Part shown: positions 50,639 to 63,799 of the stretch, in pieces
How the letters are laid out: every line of letters begins with the position of its first letter
Numbering within the stretch: position 1 is the first letter of the stretch
Assembly: GCA_030265395.1 (NCBI GenBank)
Contig: JARFYF010000029.1
Span: 24,516,701 to 24,580,700 of the forward strand
Direction: 5' to 3'
Origin: Rhina ancylostomus
Lineage: Eukaryota
Length of the DNA: 64,000 nt
Position numbers and translations under genes: made by a program
Notes under the pieces: model-generated
Seen by the model: the letters and a program-made list of their open reading frames with translations, nothing else
Database searches by the model: none
What the model was told of the DNA's origin: nothing

Positions 50639-50943
50639 AAATGATCAAATTTAATCATGCTTCCACACATGTCCAATTTTGGTGTTGATGTATTTTAAAA
50701 CTTTTGGATATTAGAAATTTCTGAGAAAAAGAATTGATCAATGAGTTTATGTTCATAAAGCATTTCACCCCTTGGTAATCTAAGATTAATAAATTCTCAC
50801 TTTTCCTTTTGACTTTAATTTCAGAAATTACTTACACTCTCAGAATACTAAGAAATAACTTTTCTATGTTAGCATAGGTTTGCATCATAAATGTAAAGAT
50901 GAATTAAAAAATTTCTATCCTTTTATTTTAAATAAACATTCAG

Positions 50944-51054
50944 AGCAGTTCTCTTTAATCATATGGCCAAAGATCATGCTTTCAACGTGGGTCTTCCAGA
51001 CAACATCGTGTACTGCAATGAGTTTCTGGATTTGGTGCAGAAAAAAGTAGATAA
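50944..51054 (+). CDS. ZNF277: ZNF277 exon 6 (111 nt)
   Basis: cattcag|...AA|gtatga. Encodes AVLFNHMAKDHAFNVGLPDNIVYCNEFLDLVQKKVDN. Confidence 0.95.
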
Positions 51055-53677
51055 GTATGATTTTTCTTTTAATTTGTTTGAACAGACATGTAAATCAAAG
51101 ATAAATCTTTATTGAATAGTGTGTTAGGGAACAGAACTGCATGTTTGTTTCCACAGTTACATTGTATGTGGGCAAAGAATCACATTGCTACTTCTACCAA
51201 TTGTTGTTGCCCACCTGCTCACATAATTTCCCAGACACGTGATTCTTGATAGCAGTGCACAGCTTGTGACATGCCCTGCTGTGAACAATTTTTGTGTGAA
51301 AGGGACTATTAACCAGTTGCTGCTCGTCTTCATAATCCTCATCCCTGTAATAGTTATTCAGAAATGGAATCAAGCAGGAGCTTTTCACCAATAATTTAAA
51401 TATGGATGTGTACAAAAAGCACTTTTTTTTTCCATTTATTGAACTTGCTGTTTCTTAAAACACTTTTATTTATTTATCATCTTGGAACAGATTGTTAGGA
51501 TAAGTAAAACCACACACCTTGTCCTGCGTACAAAATTTGAGTTTGTTTTACTGTTTACTCCCAATGTGCAAGCTCTGTTTAGGAATCCTAGGGCTTTGTT
51601 GAACTTATTCCAAACCTAGTCAGCAAATTGAATTTTGCTGGATGAACACAGTGTAATTAGATACTCCTAAACTGCCAATATACCCAAATAGCTGCACTTT
51701 CCATATTGCCTGCACAAATTCATTGCTGATGTGACTTGCAGTTAAAATTAATTTCTTTATTTGCCTGTGGTAGACAAGGAAATGTTTCTTATATACCAAT
51801 AACTAATTAAAAGTCATTCACTTTACTTGCTTTAGAGTTTAACTCCAGAATTGAAACAAACTTAACTAACTTCTTTTAGCTATGGATTTAACTTAACAGC
51901 ATCAGTTGCCAAATCAGGAAAATGATTGCACTTGTACGTTAAAGTATTCACAAACTTCAAAACATCAACTTTGAGTTAGAATATTTTCTGCTTGGCTACA
52001 TCCAGAAACTATTTCCACAATTAGACTTTCAGCAGGTTTAGGAGAGGAATTCTTCATCCCATTCTTCCCACAAGGTTTACAATGGATATAAATAGACACA
52101 GAACAGGAACAGCTGAAACAGTAAATAACAGTCACAATATAAATCTGTATAACAGAAGAAAATTGAAGTCAAAGTTACCTTTCCAGTTGTGTCTATTTAG
52201 AGAACACAAATCCCTTGATGGTGTTACCCAGAAGACTTGTGCAAGCGGACTCGTCGATATTCATGTGCTCCCATTACAAACAGACCTCTAAATATCCTCA
52301 GTGAACGCAAAGAACAAACTTAATAGAACACTGGATTTCATATATTTTAAGGTGGACTTACAGTGCACACCAGTTTACAACTAGGATTTCTTTTATTTGC
52401 TTTGTGCCTCTCAATTTTGCTCTTAAACATCTCCTGATGCTGTGTATGCCTGCTGTTTGAAGGCAGGATGATTTTGTGAGATGGTTCTCCCATTGGTAAT
52501 TTTAAGTTTGGTATCTTGGGACAGAGAATATAACAGTTGCTGGAAATTGAGGGAAAAAGGTTAATGCTGTAAGTACCCAGATCAGGCTAGCATGTTCTTT
52601 TGCTATTTTTCTCTCTAACTTCCTCATTCATTTGTTAGCAAGTTAGCCCTCATAGCAGTGTGACAACCTTAGTCTCTGACCAATCAAAAATATTCCCCTT
52701 TGTTCCCTCCATTCGTCCCTCTCTCAGTAACATAAAGCACACTTGTTTTCCCACTTACTGTACACCTTAGTCTCCCCATTGAAAAATCTTCAACCACCTG
52801 TATTTTCTTTGTGGACTATTTTTGGTCTGCTGAGTGAAAGTGCAACCTTGAATGAAGGTTTCAGGCAGAGGAGGGTAGTTTGTGTTTGAAAACAGTTCAC
52901 AATTTTGTTCTTCCTGTATAACATCTTGTCATAGACATCTTGAGAAAAATAATTGGAAAAATATCAGGCTACATGTTAACTCCACTGGAGCTTTTGAAAA
53001 TGCTTTATGTTCCTTATTGCCATGTTTTCAGTAGTAAATGAATACAAAGGCAAACCATCAAGGGTTCAGGAAAGCCTGTAGTCATCACTGTTATTCTCCA
53101 TATGTTCAAGCACATAGCTTCTCAAAAATGTAAACAAAAATGCACAGATGATGTAGTGCACAAAGAGGCTATTTGGCCCATCCCACTTCTGCCAGATATT
53201 TCAAGTGAGTTTCTAATTATCTCCTGCTCTTGACCATAATCCTGTAAAATCTCCCCTTAGAAGGATGTGTTCAAATCCTTTTTCAGATTTATTCTTGAGT
53301 CTTTTTCTATACCCTTTGTCAGACAGGTGCCCACCAGATCATCATAACTTAATGTATTTTTTCCCTCTTATTGCCTTCAGTTCTCTTCTGATACATTTGT
53401 GTTCAGTTGAATTACTTAGCTATTGTTCCTGTGTGAAAATTGCATTCATAGTTGGTTGTAATACTGAATCAACATAAAAAAATTAAAACTAATATTAATT
53501 TTCTTTGATTCCTTTAATCTTGACCCAAATATACTAATAGTCACAGAAATAACTGCTAGTGTGCAGTAAGACTTTAAATTTAAAGATTTTTCAAATAACT
53601 TCATGATTGATTACAACTATTTGTGCATTAATCATTTAAGAAAGAGTACATTCTTGACGAATGAATTTTTTTTGTAG

Positions 53678-53810
53678 TTTACAGTGTCTATATTGTGAGA
53701 AAACATTTCGTGACAAAAATACACTCAGAGATCATATGAGGAAAAAACAACATCGTAGAATCAATGCCAAAAATCAGGAGTATGACAGATTTTACACCAT
53801 CAACTATCTG
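53678..53810 (+). CDS. ZNF277: ZNF277 exon 7 (133 nt), C2H2 finger
   Basis: tttgtag|...CTG|gtaaga. Encodes LQCLYCEKTFRDKNTLRDHMRKKQHRRINAKNQEYDRFYTINYL. Confidence 0.97.
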
Positions 53811-53844
53811 GTAAGATTTATGTATGGCTTTGGAGTGCAGTTTT

Positions 53845-55330
53845 AGAATGAAGAAAGGAAATTATCAAGCAACTCAGGCAGCATCCATGGAGAGTTGCAG
53901 TCAACATTTTGGGTCAGTAACCATTCATCAGAACCGGAAAAGTCAGTAAACAATTGTGTTTTAAATTGGAGAGGTGGAGAAAATAGAGGGAATGTCTGTG
54001 AGAAGGGGTGCAGTTCAATGTATTTTAACTTTGAGCAGTTAGAGGCAGAAGAGAAAAAGAGCAAAATTGAAACTGAAATAACCAACATCCATGGATAGAA
54101 AAATAAACTAAATATTCAAAATGTTGAATTCAAAGTTAGGTCTCAAACTACAACGTAACCAGACAGAAAATGTTGATGTGCTGTACCTTGAGCTTATGTT
54201 GGTCATCATTGGAACAAAGTGGGAAGCCAAAGACCAAGATCAGATTGGGAATGGAATGGAGGATTATAGTGACAGGAAGTTCAGAGTCTTCCTTGCGAAA
54301 CCCCCACAGCCATCTCGCATAAGAATCCTGCCACCCTGCTTTCTGTATGGACTGCACCTCCATTTTCTTAGTTTCTCTGCATCTGTTCTAATGATAAAAC
54401 TTTCCACATGGGTGCCTTGGAGATGTCTTCCTTTTTCCTCAATTGTGACATTTACTTCACTGCAGTTGACAGGGTTCTCAACTACATCGTTCTTGCCTCT
54501 CATGCAGCTGCTCTCACTTCCTCTGATCCAGAACAAGGATAAGGTTCCCTGTTCCTTGTCTCCTACCCCACCAGCCTCCACATCCAACAGATTATCCTGT
54601 TCCCTCTGTGGCTGATTCAATCTTGCATTTCTTCCAACTGCTCCCCTTCTCACAGCGCATTCCATATAACACCTGCTTCTTTAGCTCCTCACACCATGCA
54701 GGAACCTCCACAGTCCTTCCAGGTGAAATTGTGCTTCTTCCATTTGGGTATATGTCAATCACTGCTCAATGATGTCCCCTCTACATTGGAGAAATCAAAC
54801 CATTTTACAGAACATCTCCATTTAGTACATGAAGGTGACCTTGAGATTCCAGTTGCTTCTTACTTTAATTAACTGTTTCATCCTCACTTTAACCTCCTAC
54901 ACAGTTCCAACAATGCCCAAAATAGACATAAGGAACAGCACCTTATCTAGTGTTGGAGTTTATTGCTGTCTTTAGGATCCACTATTGAATTCAATAATTT
55001 CAGGTAACCAACCTTTCCCTCTCCCCACAGATGTTACAAGGTATTTCAGTTTCAATTTGCTCTTCTATTTCATCTCTTTTTTCTCTCTAACTGTTGGAAT
55101 TTAAAATAAGTGTTACCTTTACAACTCTGATCTGCACCTATTCACAGACATTTCGTTTATTCTCCCCACCCCTCCCTATTCCTGCAATTTAAACTTGCTT
55201 GTTTTCACACCGAATTCTGATGAAGGGTCGTTGTCCTGAACCATTGACTCTTTCTCTCTTTCCATGATCTGTTGAGTTGTAAGCAGCATCTTCTGTTACT
55301 GATTTCCAGCACCTGCAGTTTTTTTGCTGA
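53845..55330 (+). mobile_element. Penelope-like element: inverted 5' terminal repeat, decayed RT-thumb/GIY-YIG body, 3' terminal repeat
   Basis: cattttcttagtttctctgcatctgttctaatgat resembles QFLRLRRICS.D. ggtatatgtcaatcactgctc..ctctacattggagaaatcaaa..tttacagaacatctc resembles VYCI.C..LYIGETK..F.EHL (GIY-YIG). 53845-54145 is an inverted copy of the ~54950-55300 region. Confidence 0.8.
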
Positions 55331-55468
55331 CACAAGAGACTGCAGATGCTGAAATCTGGAGCAACAAACAATCTGCTAGAGGAAAAGCGAATTGAGCAGC
55401 ATCTGCTGGGGGGGAAGTGGAAGAGAGGAATTTTCAACGTCATGGGGGTCAAGACCTTGCATTGGGAT
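55328..55468 (-). repeat. Penelope-derived terminal repeat, tail-to-tail with the preceding element
   Basis: gacacaagagactgcagatgctgaaatctggagcaac...ggggtcaagaccttgcattggga. Confidence 0.75.
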
Positions 55469-55734
55469 TACTTGTTGCTCCAATTATAACGTCAGTGAAA
55501 TTAGCACACACATCTAAAGCATATTTATCAACCGTTTGTTGCTTGTCTTCTGTAGCTCTTGCATTAACCTCTTAAGTGGGTTAATAACAGAAGAATTCTA
55601 ACAAATAACACGTGATGATTTTAACGTGTTTTAGAGTGTTGATCGAAACTCAAAATAATTTCATTCAGAATTACTCCAAACATGTTGATTGTATAACTGC
55701 AATCATGGAACATTTAAATTGAGCTAGTTTGTAG

Positions 55735-56060
55735 CACCTTTGTCTTCAAGTAGGTAGATTGCAGGTTCAAATTGCACACCAGGGACCAGAGCGCACAAAT
55801 CTAGGGTGACGCTCGGTGCAGCTCACCTTTATTCCTGCTGCAATCAGATGAGATATCAATCCAGGCCCCCTTGCTTTGGTCACATGGCGTATTTAGATGG
55901 AGCAGGGAAATTATCCCTAGAGACCTGGCCAAAATCATTAAAAATAGATAATATGGTTGTTTTCAGTTTACCGTTTTAAAGACCTTTCTGCTGACATATT
56001 TCTTGCATTACTAAAGTGACCACACTTTTGATAGTAATTAATTGACCGTGAAGCACATTT
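55735..56060 (+). mobile_element. Deu-domain SINE (SacSINE1-like)
   Basis: ggttcaaat B-box, gcacaaatctagggtgac, atcagatgagatatcaatccaggcccc, gagcagggaaattatccc..cctggccaa. Confidence 0.7.
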
Positions 56061-56259
56061 AATCTGTATCATTCAGTACTGTTTTGCTTCAAAACTCATA
56101 AGTAAAGCTGATATGTTACCCAAATATTTTCCTTTTCAGAACTAAATTTTATTTCAAAAATATTTTTAAAACTTGCAGATCATTTATGTCACCACTCTTA
56201 ATATGATGTGATTTTCTTTGTATACATTTCTTGAGCAAATAATCCAGGAATTTCTATAC

Positions 56260-56385
56260 AGGTTCCAGCCCCACTATGTACGATGGATGAAGAGCCTTAA
56301 ACTATAGACTTTACCCAAAGAGGCCCTCTGGGCAGCTGCACCAAGCTTTGGTGTGTCCCTCAGCAAGTAGTCCTGGACCTTGTGT
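56260..56385 (-). mobile_element. Tx1-like (L1 group) LINE extreme 3' fragment
   Basis: Minus strand gives KVQDYLLRDTPKLGAAA, resembling the recalled C-terminus of shark Tx1-like ORF2. Confidence 0.5.
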
Positions 56386-57438
56386 TAGTTTCTGATCGTT
56401 GATAATTACTTGCACTGGAAGTCCACAGAATTTCTTTTGTAGAACTAATTGTTCGTTCTCTTTCCAAAATTGTGCTCTGTTCATAAAACTTGTAGTTTTG
56501 CAATGCGTGACATTGATCTGTCATCAATCACTAAATGTATCAAATATGCTACATTTATGTTATGTGTTTGCTCCATTTACATTCTATAAATGTGGCATCA
56601 ATTTTTCAAACCCAAGCATTTCATCAGCAATAATTTTGTAAGGTTCTTGTGCCTAATATTTTTTCAAACTGCTCAGAGACAGCATTCTGAATGGAGTAGA
56701 ATGCCTCCAAGGAATTAATCATTTAAAAAGGTATTAACTTTGTGTTGGAACTAGGCATTACTCTAACAGTCTGAATGCATTCAAAAGTAGAGTCAAAAAC
56801 ATCTTACATTTTATGCATTGTAACTGGTGTAAAGTATTGCAGTTTAACAATAACACATACCTCCCAACAAAGTCTATAAGTTAATATTACAGCCATATAA
56901 AGACAAATTGATAATAGCACACTTTAAGTAGGTCTAATTTATTCATTTCTAACAGATGAAGGACCCTTTGGCATTTTGAGAGTGAACTTATTGTCAGTAC
57001 TCTCATGGATTTAATGTATTGCAACCTGAGGTGTTGCTACAATCGACAGCACACCAAATTTGTTTTGTCCTTATTTGTTTTTTATGATAGTTCTAGTAAG
57101 TGCAATTATGTGAATTCCATTGTAACCAAAATAATCAGTTAATTTTTATTTTGTTAACTTGTATGATAAACAAACTGCACATCAAAAAGTAATTTAAGGA
57201 CACTGATGTGCATTCCTATTTATTTATATTAAGTGATCCAACGGAAATAAAGTAAGACATTATAAAAGAGTTTGATTAGGCTGGGCAACCTGTGGTGCAA
57301 TGCAGCTCAGCACAATGACTGAATCCTTGCAAACACCTTAAGGGTATTATCAAAATTCTAAAGGAATGAGCTCAACTGTAACTTGAATGTGTTTGATTTC
57401 CCCTCAGTTCTGAGCAAACTATTGTTGATTTGTTTCAG

Positions 57439-57506
57439 GAGTTTGGGAAGAACTGGGAGGAAGTTCAGTGTGAAGATGACAAGGAAATCATAGAAGAGCC
57501 AGATGA
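57439..57506 (+). CDS. ZNF277: ZNF277 exon 8 (68 nt)
   Basis: tttcag|...GA|gtaagt. Encodes EFGKNWEEVQCEDDKEIIEEPDD (human ELGKSWEEVQLEDDRE...). Confidence 0.94.
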
Positions 57507-58739
57507 GTAAGTAGTGTTATGGTTTCAAGCTGCTTTTGTCATCATTCTAAGCAAAGTTACTGGTGAAGTGACAGTTTTTTTTGCAGTTGCTTTAGAATGC
57601 AGTAATACAGTCTTGTAATTCATCACCCGGAGACTGAAAAATTATCAGCTTGTTTTTGCTGTCTTAAACTTCGTTTTATTTTCCATATTAAGGGTACCTT
57701 TTAATTTGATCTAAAGTTAGTAACTCGTGCTCATATCCATTCTTAAGGAGAAAGGAAGGAAGGAAGCGAACGTTACAGATTCCTTTGGGACTTCTAATTC
57801 ATATCTCTTTCAATGGCCATTGACTAATTGATGATGTATGCTTGTTTCCCCTCACAATGAGATGGAGGGGGTGCCTCACAACCTACCCTGAATTAGCAGA
57901 GAATGCAGCTAAATTTTAACATATGGAGCTGCTAGAACATTGATTAGCTCTGATAGTTAAATTAGTAGTAAGTTCATATCTTTAATTTTCCTGACATAAA
58001 AAAATTTGAACTTCTGTCTCAAGAAGTAACATATCCATAATGAGCCATGACAATATTATGGTGATTCATAACAGTAGTGTTTTCCACATCTGACATGTTT
58101 GCTACAGAGTAATCAGTTTCATAAGCTGTGATGTAGAAACTGTCAGCACTGCACGTGGGTGGTGAACATTTTTATTGGCAAACATCTTTTATGGTTTTGC
58201 CATCATTATTAATTAACTTGTACTTTATTTAACAATATCAAGGGATGATGCTGTTCGAATTTTATTCTGTGTTCGGCATTACAAAAATATTTATGGTATT
58301 GTATATCATGCCGGAGGTTTTCATTGCCGAATGTCTTCTCCACAAATCCTGGCTCAGCAAATTTAAGTTACACTTGGATATCTTTGTACATGGGTTCCAT
58401 GTGACATCACCGATGAAATACAAACATAAAAAGGGTAAATAATGTACTAAGCACTGTTGCTGATGTGAAGTTTTGATTGAATGGATTTGAATAAAATTCT
58501 GAACATTCTCTCATTCCTGGTAAATTTATGAATATGTGGTTTGAGCTTATCTTCAGCTTGTGTTCTATTTTTCAAAAGGAGATGGCCTAGTAGCATTCCA
58601 GCCAGAGTGGTAATGTGTGGACTGGCCTGGAGAAGGCCAAACAGCAATGTTTACTCTGTAGCCTGCTGCACAGAATTATGGTAAACAATCACTAGACAAA
58701 TACAGGCCGTGAGTAAGACCAAATGCTTAACTTCTGTTT

Positions 58740-59180
58740 ACATAGTCCTCAGTGTTCATTCATTTTATCTAGGCAAGTTTCTGGTCACTGTTGTTAACAG
58801 TGGAAGATTCAGCAGTGTTGATCCCATTGTGAGCCAAAGAGAAATCTCTTGTTTCAATTTTTTCTGTAGCAGGGATATTATTTCAGTTGTTGTTGCAAAC
58901 CTAAATGTTATCAAGATCCTGATGCAGGAATGAATGTTACTTGATTATTAAAGCTATTGCGTAGGGAGCTGACCAGAGTAGAATTGTCAAGGAATAACCA
59001 GTCCTTGGCCCTTCTGAAAGACAACTGGTCAATATCAAACAAGCTGAAGGCTCTTGGGTCAAGGACGCTGCCTTGTGGAAATCATACAGTCATACCATAG
59101 AGGTATGATGACAGGCATCTGATAGCTTTGTGTCAGATATAACTTGGTCCACTGCAAGATCTTTCCATTGACCTCAATTT
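58740..59180 (-). mobile_element. L2/CR1-group RT fragment
   Basis: The reverse complement of gggtcaaggacgctgccttgtggaaa gives FPQGSVLDP (cf. VPQGSVLGP). Confidence 0.6.
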
Positions 59181-60471
59181 GTTACAATTTATTCATTGTA
59201 ACCTAATATTTTACCATTTAAAGTCTATTATAAAAATAGGAAAAGNNNNNNNNNNNNNNNNNNNNNNNNNNNNNNNNNNNNNNNNNNNNNNNNNNNNNNN
59301 NNNNNNNNNNNNNNNNNNNNNNNNNNNNNNNNNNNNNNNNNNNNNNNNNNNNNNNNNNNNNNNNNNNNNNNNNNNNNNNNNNNNNNNNNNNNNNNNNNNN
59401 NNNNNNNNNNNNNNNNNNNNNNCATGCCACCAACATCCAGCTAAAAAATTTAGGCTGACAATTTTGCTCTGATATCAGAGAGTATTTCTGTCAGTGAAGT
59501 GGCAGATTTCAAAATAAGTACTGCAGTCTAAAGCCGAACCCAGCAAAGATTGTCCACTTGCCTTTCCACCAACTGGTACAGAAGCAGCAGGAGAACTGCA
59601 GGATGCTTTCTGCAACAAATAAATTTCTTGCAATATCTGACTACATATCTTAGAGGTACCTAAATTATAGTTTCACTTCTAGCAAAATCTAAGTGATATC
59701 ATTATACAGCAGAAAGCAATGTAATTAAAAGAAAACTGCCCAGCACCAACTGGGGATGAAGTGCTGAAACTCAAAAGTGTTATCACATGTATATTCAGAA
59801 CATAAATATTGTGCATCAGTGTGCACCAGCAATTTGCACACGGAGATGACCAGCAGCTAGCTGGATGATCTGAAGTCAAATTATATTAGCAGTTCAGCCT
59901 TGGCTACTGGTGTGTATCAATATCATTCTACCACAAATATTATAAGAAATTGATTCTTGGGGAAAATCACAAGTTTCTGTCAAATTTGTCCTTATTCTTG
60001 CATGCTAAGATTATGCAGTTGCCAAGGGCCAGCCCCTTCTTGCTGACCCTTAGTCTTACAGAGAAATGGAGGAACTATCCCTGTAGGTGGTGTACCACAA
60101 GTCCATGGAGCCACACTAGAAGGCATGAATTGACTCTCAGAAATAATCTTTACTGCGTTACATCCATAACAAAATTAACTAGTACTATAAAGCTATGCAA
60201 AGCTGAAGCATTACTTTCTTTGAATTCTGAGGGATTTGATATGAAAGGTAACATTTCATTCACATTTTTAATCATCCTTTGCATTAGCTTTTAGTTATCA
60301 GTGGTTTCCTGGTTTATCCCCATTGAGAAAACACATTGATTTGTCCTGAAATCAAAAGCAAGTGGCATCATATTTCCCCGTACTAAACTTCTGTAATGGT
60401 CCTTGAGCTCCCTTAGTCTGTAGATGTGCATTTTATTTACCTTTTGCCTCATTTTTATGTTCTATTTGCAG

Positions 60472-60568
60472 TGATTGGTCTGATTGGCAAGGCAATCCAA
60501 TGTGTGCTGTTTGTCTTTTCTGTGAAAAAGCAAAAGATTCAACTGAAAAACTACACCTTCACATGAAG
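60472..60568 (+). CDS. ZNF277: ZNF277 exon 9 (97 nt)
   Basis: ttgcag|...AAG|gtaaag. Encodes DWSDWQGNPMCAVCLFCEKAKDSTEKLHLHMK. Confidence 0.95.
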
Positions 60569-62257
60569 GTAAAGCTAAGAACAGAAAATTTGTAGGTAAA
60601 ATAAAACAACCTGCCTAGCTATCTGTAAATTGACGAATCTGTTGCCTAACAACGTAAGAAGGAATAATTGCAAGAAAAGAAATAGAACAAAGTAATTTTT
60701 TAAAAAGAAAATCAAGTTGAAGAAAGCTATTAGTTGATTTTTAACATGTTTATTTTTCAGTGACTAATTATATTTTAGCCCACAGTGAATAATTTCATTC
60801 TTTTTGTTATCGTATAATATCCTTAAAAATAGTTCTAAAATTGATGTAGTGATGATATTAGAAGTCGCTTGTTGATTGGGATGAGTAAAGGGAATTAGTG
60901 GTAGCTTGGATTGTATTTTATAAAAGTTCAAGGTTTAAGTTTGTCTTAACTAAGTGAGATTCTGCAGTCTCAATCATATTACTGTTGTACTTGAAACCAC
61001 ATCACACCATCTGTCAAAAGTTAGCACTAATTTGGAATTGCATTCATCAAGATTCTTAAGAATTGCTAATGCATTTTCATAATGAACTCTGCTCTTGAAC
61101 ATTGTAAATATTTTCAAGACCGTGCCTGCAGGAGTAGGCAAATCAGCCCCTCAAGTCCATTCTGCCACTTGGTACCTACTTGCTCTATTTTCCTGCCTGA
61201 TCCTTGCTTCCCTTGGAGTTCAAAAATTGATTGATCTGAGTCTTGAATGTGCTCTGACTTAGTATCCCCAGGCTCTCTGGGGTAGANNNNNNNNNNNNNN
61301 NNNNNNNNNNNNNNNNNNNNNNNNNNNNNNNNNNNNNNNNNNNNNNNNNNNNNNNNNNNNNNNNNNNNNNNNNNNNNNNNNNNNNNNNNNNNNNNNNNNN
61401 NNNNNNNNNNNNNNNNNNNNNNNNNNNNNNNNNNNNNNNNNNNNNNNNNNNNNNNNNNNNNNNNNNNNNNNNNNNNNNNNNNNNNNNNNNNNNNNNNNNN
61501 NNNNNNNNNNNNNNNNNNNNNNNNNNNNNNNNNNNNNNNNNNNNNNNNNNNNNNNNNNNNNNNNNNNNNNNNNNNNNNNNNNNNNNNNNNNNNNNNNNNN
61601 NNNNNNNNNNNNNNNNNNNNNNNNNNNNNNNNNNNNNNNNNNNNNNNNNNNNNNNNNNNNNNNNNNNNNNNNNNNNNNNNNNNNNNNNNNNNNNNNNNNN
61701 NNNNNNNNNNNNNNNNNNNNNNNNNNNNNNNNNNNNNNNNNNNNNNNNNNNNNNNNNNNNNNNNNNNNNNNNNNNNNNNNNNNNNNNNNNNNNNNNNNNN
61801 NNNNNNNNNNNNNNNNNNNNNNNNNNNNNNNNNNNNNNNNNNNNNNNNNNNNNNNNNNNNNNNNNNNNNNNNNNNNNNNNNNNNNNNNNNNNNNNNNNNN
61901 NNNNNNNNNNNNNNNNNNNNNNNNNNNNNNNNNNNNNNNNNNNNNNNNNNNNNNNNNNNNNNNNNNNNNNNNNNNNNNNNNNNNNNNNNNNNNNNNNNNN
62001 NNNNNNNNNNNNNNNNNNNNNNNNNNNNNNNNNNNNNNNNNNNNNNNNNNNNNNNNNNNNNNNNNNNNNNNNNNNNNNNNNNNNNNNNNNNNNNNNNNNN
62101 NNNNNNNNNNNNNNNNNNNNNNNNNNNNNNNNNNNNNNNNNNNNNNNNNNNNNNNNNNNNNNNNNNNNNNNNNNNNNNNNNNNNNNNNNNNNNNNNNNNN
62201 NNNNNNNNNNNNNNNNNNNNNNNNNNNNNNNNNNNNNNNNNNNNNNNNNNNNNNNNN

Positions 62258-62697
62258 CCACCTGGTTCAAACTACTTATCATCCACACACTTAACGATTC
62301 TGTCTCCTGCACCCTCCACTAACTGGTTCCATCTGATCATCCCTCCCTTATCTGGTTCACTTATCTTCCTTATCATATTCCAGCATCTGCAGCTTCTTAT
62401 GTCTCCACGTCATTTTCCAACCTCTGTCTCTGCCTCCACCTTTCCCTCCCCTCATCTGGCTCCATCTGCCTATCGCTACCCTCCTCGCCTCATTCCACCT
62501 ATCACCTGCCAGTGCCTGCTTCACCCCTCCTCCTCACCTTTTTATACAGGCTATCTCTGCTCTACACTCAATCCTAATGCAGGGTCTCCATCTGAAACAT
62601 CGACTACCCCTTTGCCTTCATGCATGCTGCCTGGCCACTGAGTTCTTCAGCAGTTTGTTGCTCCAGATCACAGCATCTGGAGTCTCTTTTGTCTCCA
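62258..62697 (+). mobile_element. Penelope-like element terminal repeat fragment
   Basis: Collinear with 28020-28384. Decayed hammerhead-like core cctaatgcagggtctccatctgaaacatc at ~62573-62601. Confidence 0.75.
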
Positions 62698-63056
62698 CAT
62701 AGATTAAGAACTGAGGCATCCATTTCTCTGGACTCCTCCATTAAAACACCCTGCCAAAATCTAAACATAGCATTGATTCTTTTTATCTTCTGTCCTTTTA
62801 GCTAGTTGTCTATCTAGGCTTACAGCTTTCTATCACATGAGCCTGTATTTAGTATTTAAGCCTTCTGTGTAGCACATTAAATGCCTTTTGAGAATCCAAA
62901 TATGCCCCATCTACTGGTTCCCTCTTATCCATGCCACCAATTACTTACAAAAATTCTATTTGATTTGTCATGCTCTATTTATATTTCATAAAGCTACATA
63001 GACTCTGTTTAATTANNNNNNNNNNATATTTTAATACTTCCAGTGCTGTCTTACTA

Positions 63057-63338
63057 AGATATCTTTATTAGGCACATGTACATCGAAACTCACAGTGAAA
63101 TGCATCTGTTTGCGTAGTGTTCTGGGGGCAGCCTGCAAGTGTCGTCACACATTCTGGTGCCAACATAGCATGCCCACAACTTCCTAACCTGGATGTTTTT
63201 TAGAATGTGGGAGGAAACTGGAGGAAACCCACGCAGACACGGGGAGAGCGTACAAACTCCTTACAGAGGCCAGAATTGAACCCGGGTCACTAGTGCTGTA
63301 AAGCATTACGCTAACCACTACACTACCATGCCTGCCCT
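63057..63338 (-). mobile_element. Young V-domain SINE, copy 2
   Basis: agatatctttattaggcacatgtacatcgaaac...tgtgggaggaaactgg...gaattgaacccgggtc...gctaaccactac. Confidence 0.85.
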
Positions 63339-63709
63339 ATTAATACTTAATAGATTCCATTGAGTCAGCTGTGTGCTTGACTCCTAAAACCTAAACAAGT
63401 ACGCTTTGTTGGGTTGTTGTAAAATATATGCTTCTGACCTGCACTGTTTGATGAGTACTTGGATTCATGAAGTACTGGTTAGAAAAATTATTTATAAGAT
63501 TTGTAGGTAACTATACAGTGCACACTACTACTAATAAACTGCATAATAAATATTTATTTTGTCAATCTTATAGTTCCATATGTAACTTGGTAAATATAAT
63601 TGGAATTTTACTAGTTCTGTATTCATGCATTTTAAATCTGAAGGTTTACATTCTCTCCCACTGCTGGTGTAGTTTATAATGTTTTGATTTTCCCTAACCT
63701 GTTTTGTAG

Positions 63710-63752
63710 ACAGAACATCATTTTGACCTTCTGAAATTGAAATCTGAAATGG
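63710..63752 (+). CDS. ZNF277: ZNF277 exon 10 (43 nt); gene continues beyond the window
   Basis: Branch-like ccctaac, then ttgtag|...G|gtaggt. Encodes TEHHFDLLKLKSEMG (human DAHEFDLLKIKSELG). Confidence 0.93.
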
Positions 63753-63799
63753 GTAGGTATTGTTTATTTCCTCATTATATATTTATTCACAGTATTTTC

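Noticed and set aside
50032-51060. Possible U12-type intron (TATCCTT near the exon 6 acceptor)
   Set aside because: No ZNF277 donor matches RTATCCTT; all look U2-type.
54121-54665. Overlapping 164-aa and 133-aa ORFs as novel genes
   Set aside because: They lie inside the decayed Penelope element, with no splice or homology support.
58079-58140. GTTTCCACATC...GATGTAGAAAC hairpin as a pre-miRNA
   Set aside because: Only ~11 bp pair and the interior pairs poorly.
61185-62312. 375-aa ORF and other X-rich ORFs (20127, 39292, 59179)
   Set aside because: They are open only because they run through N gaps.
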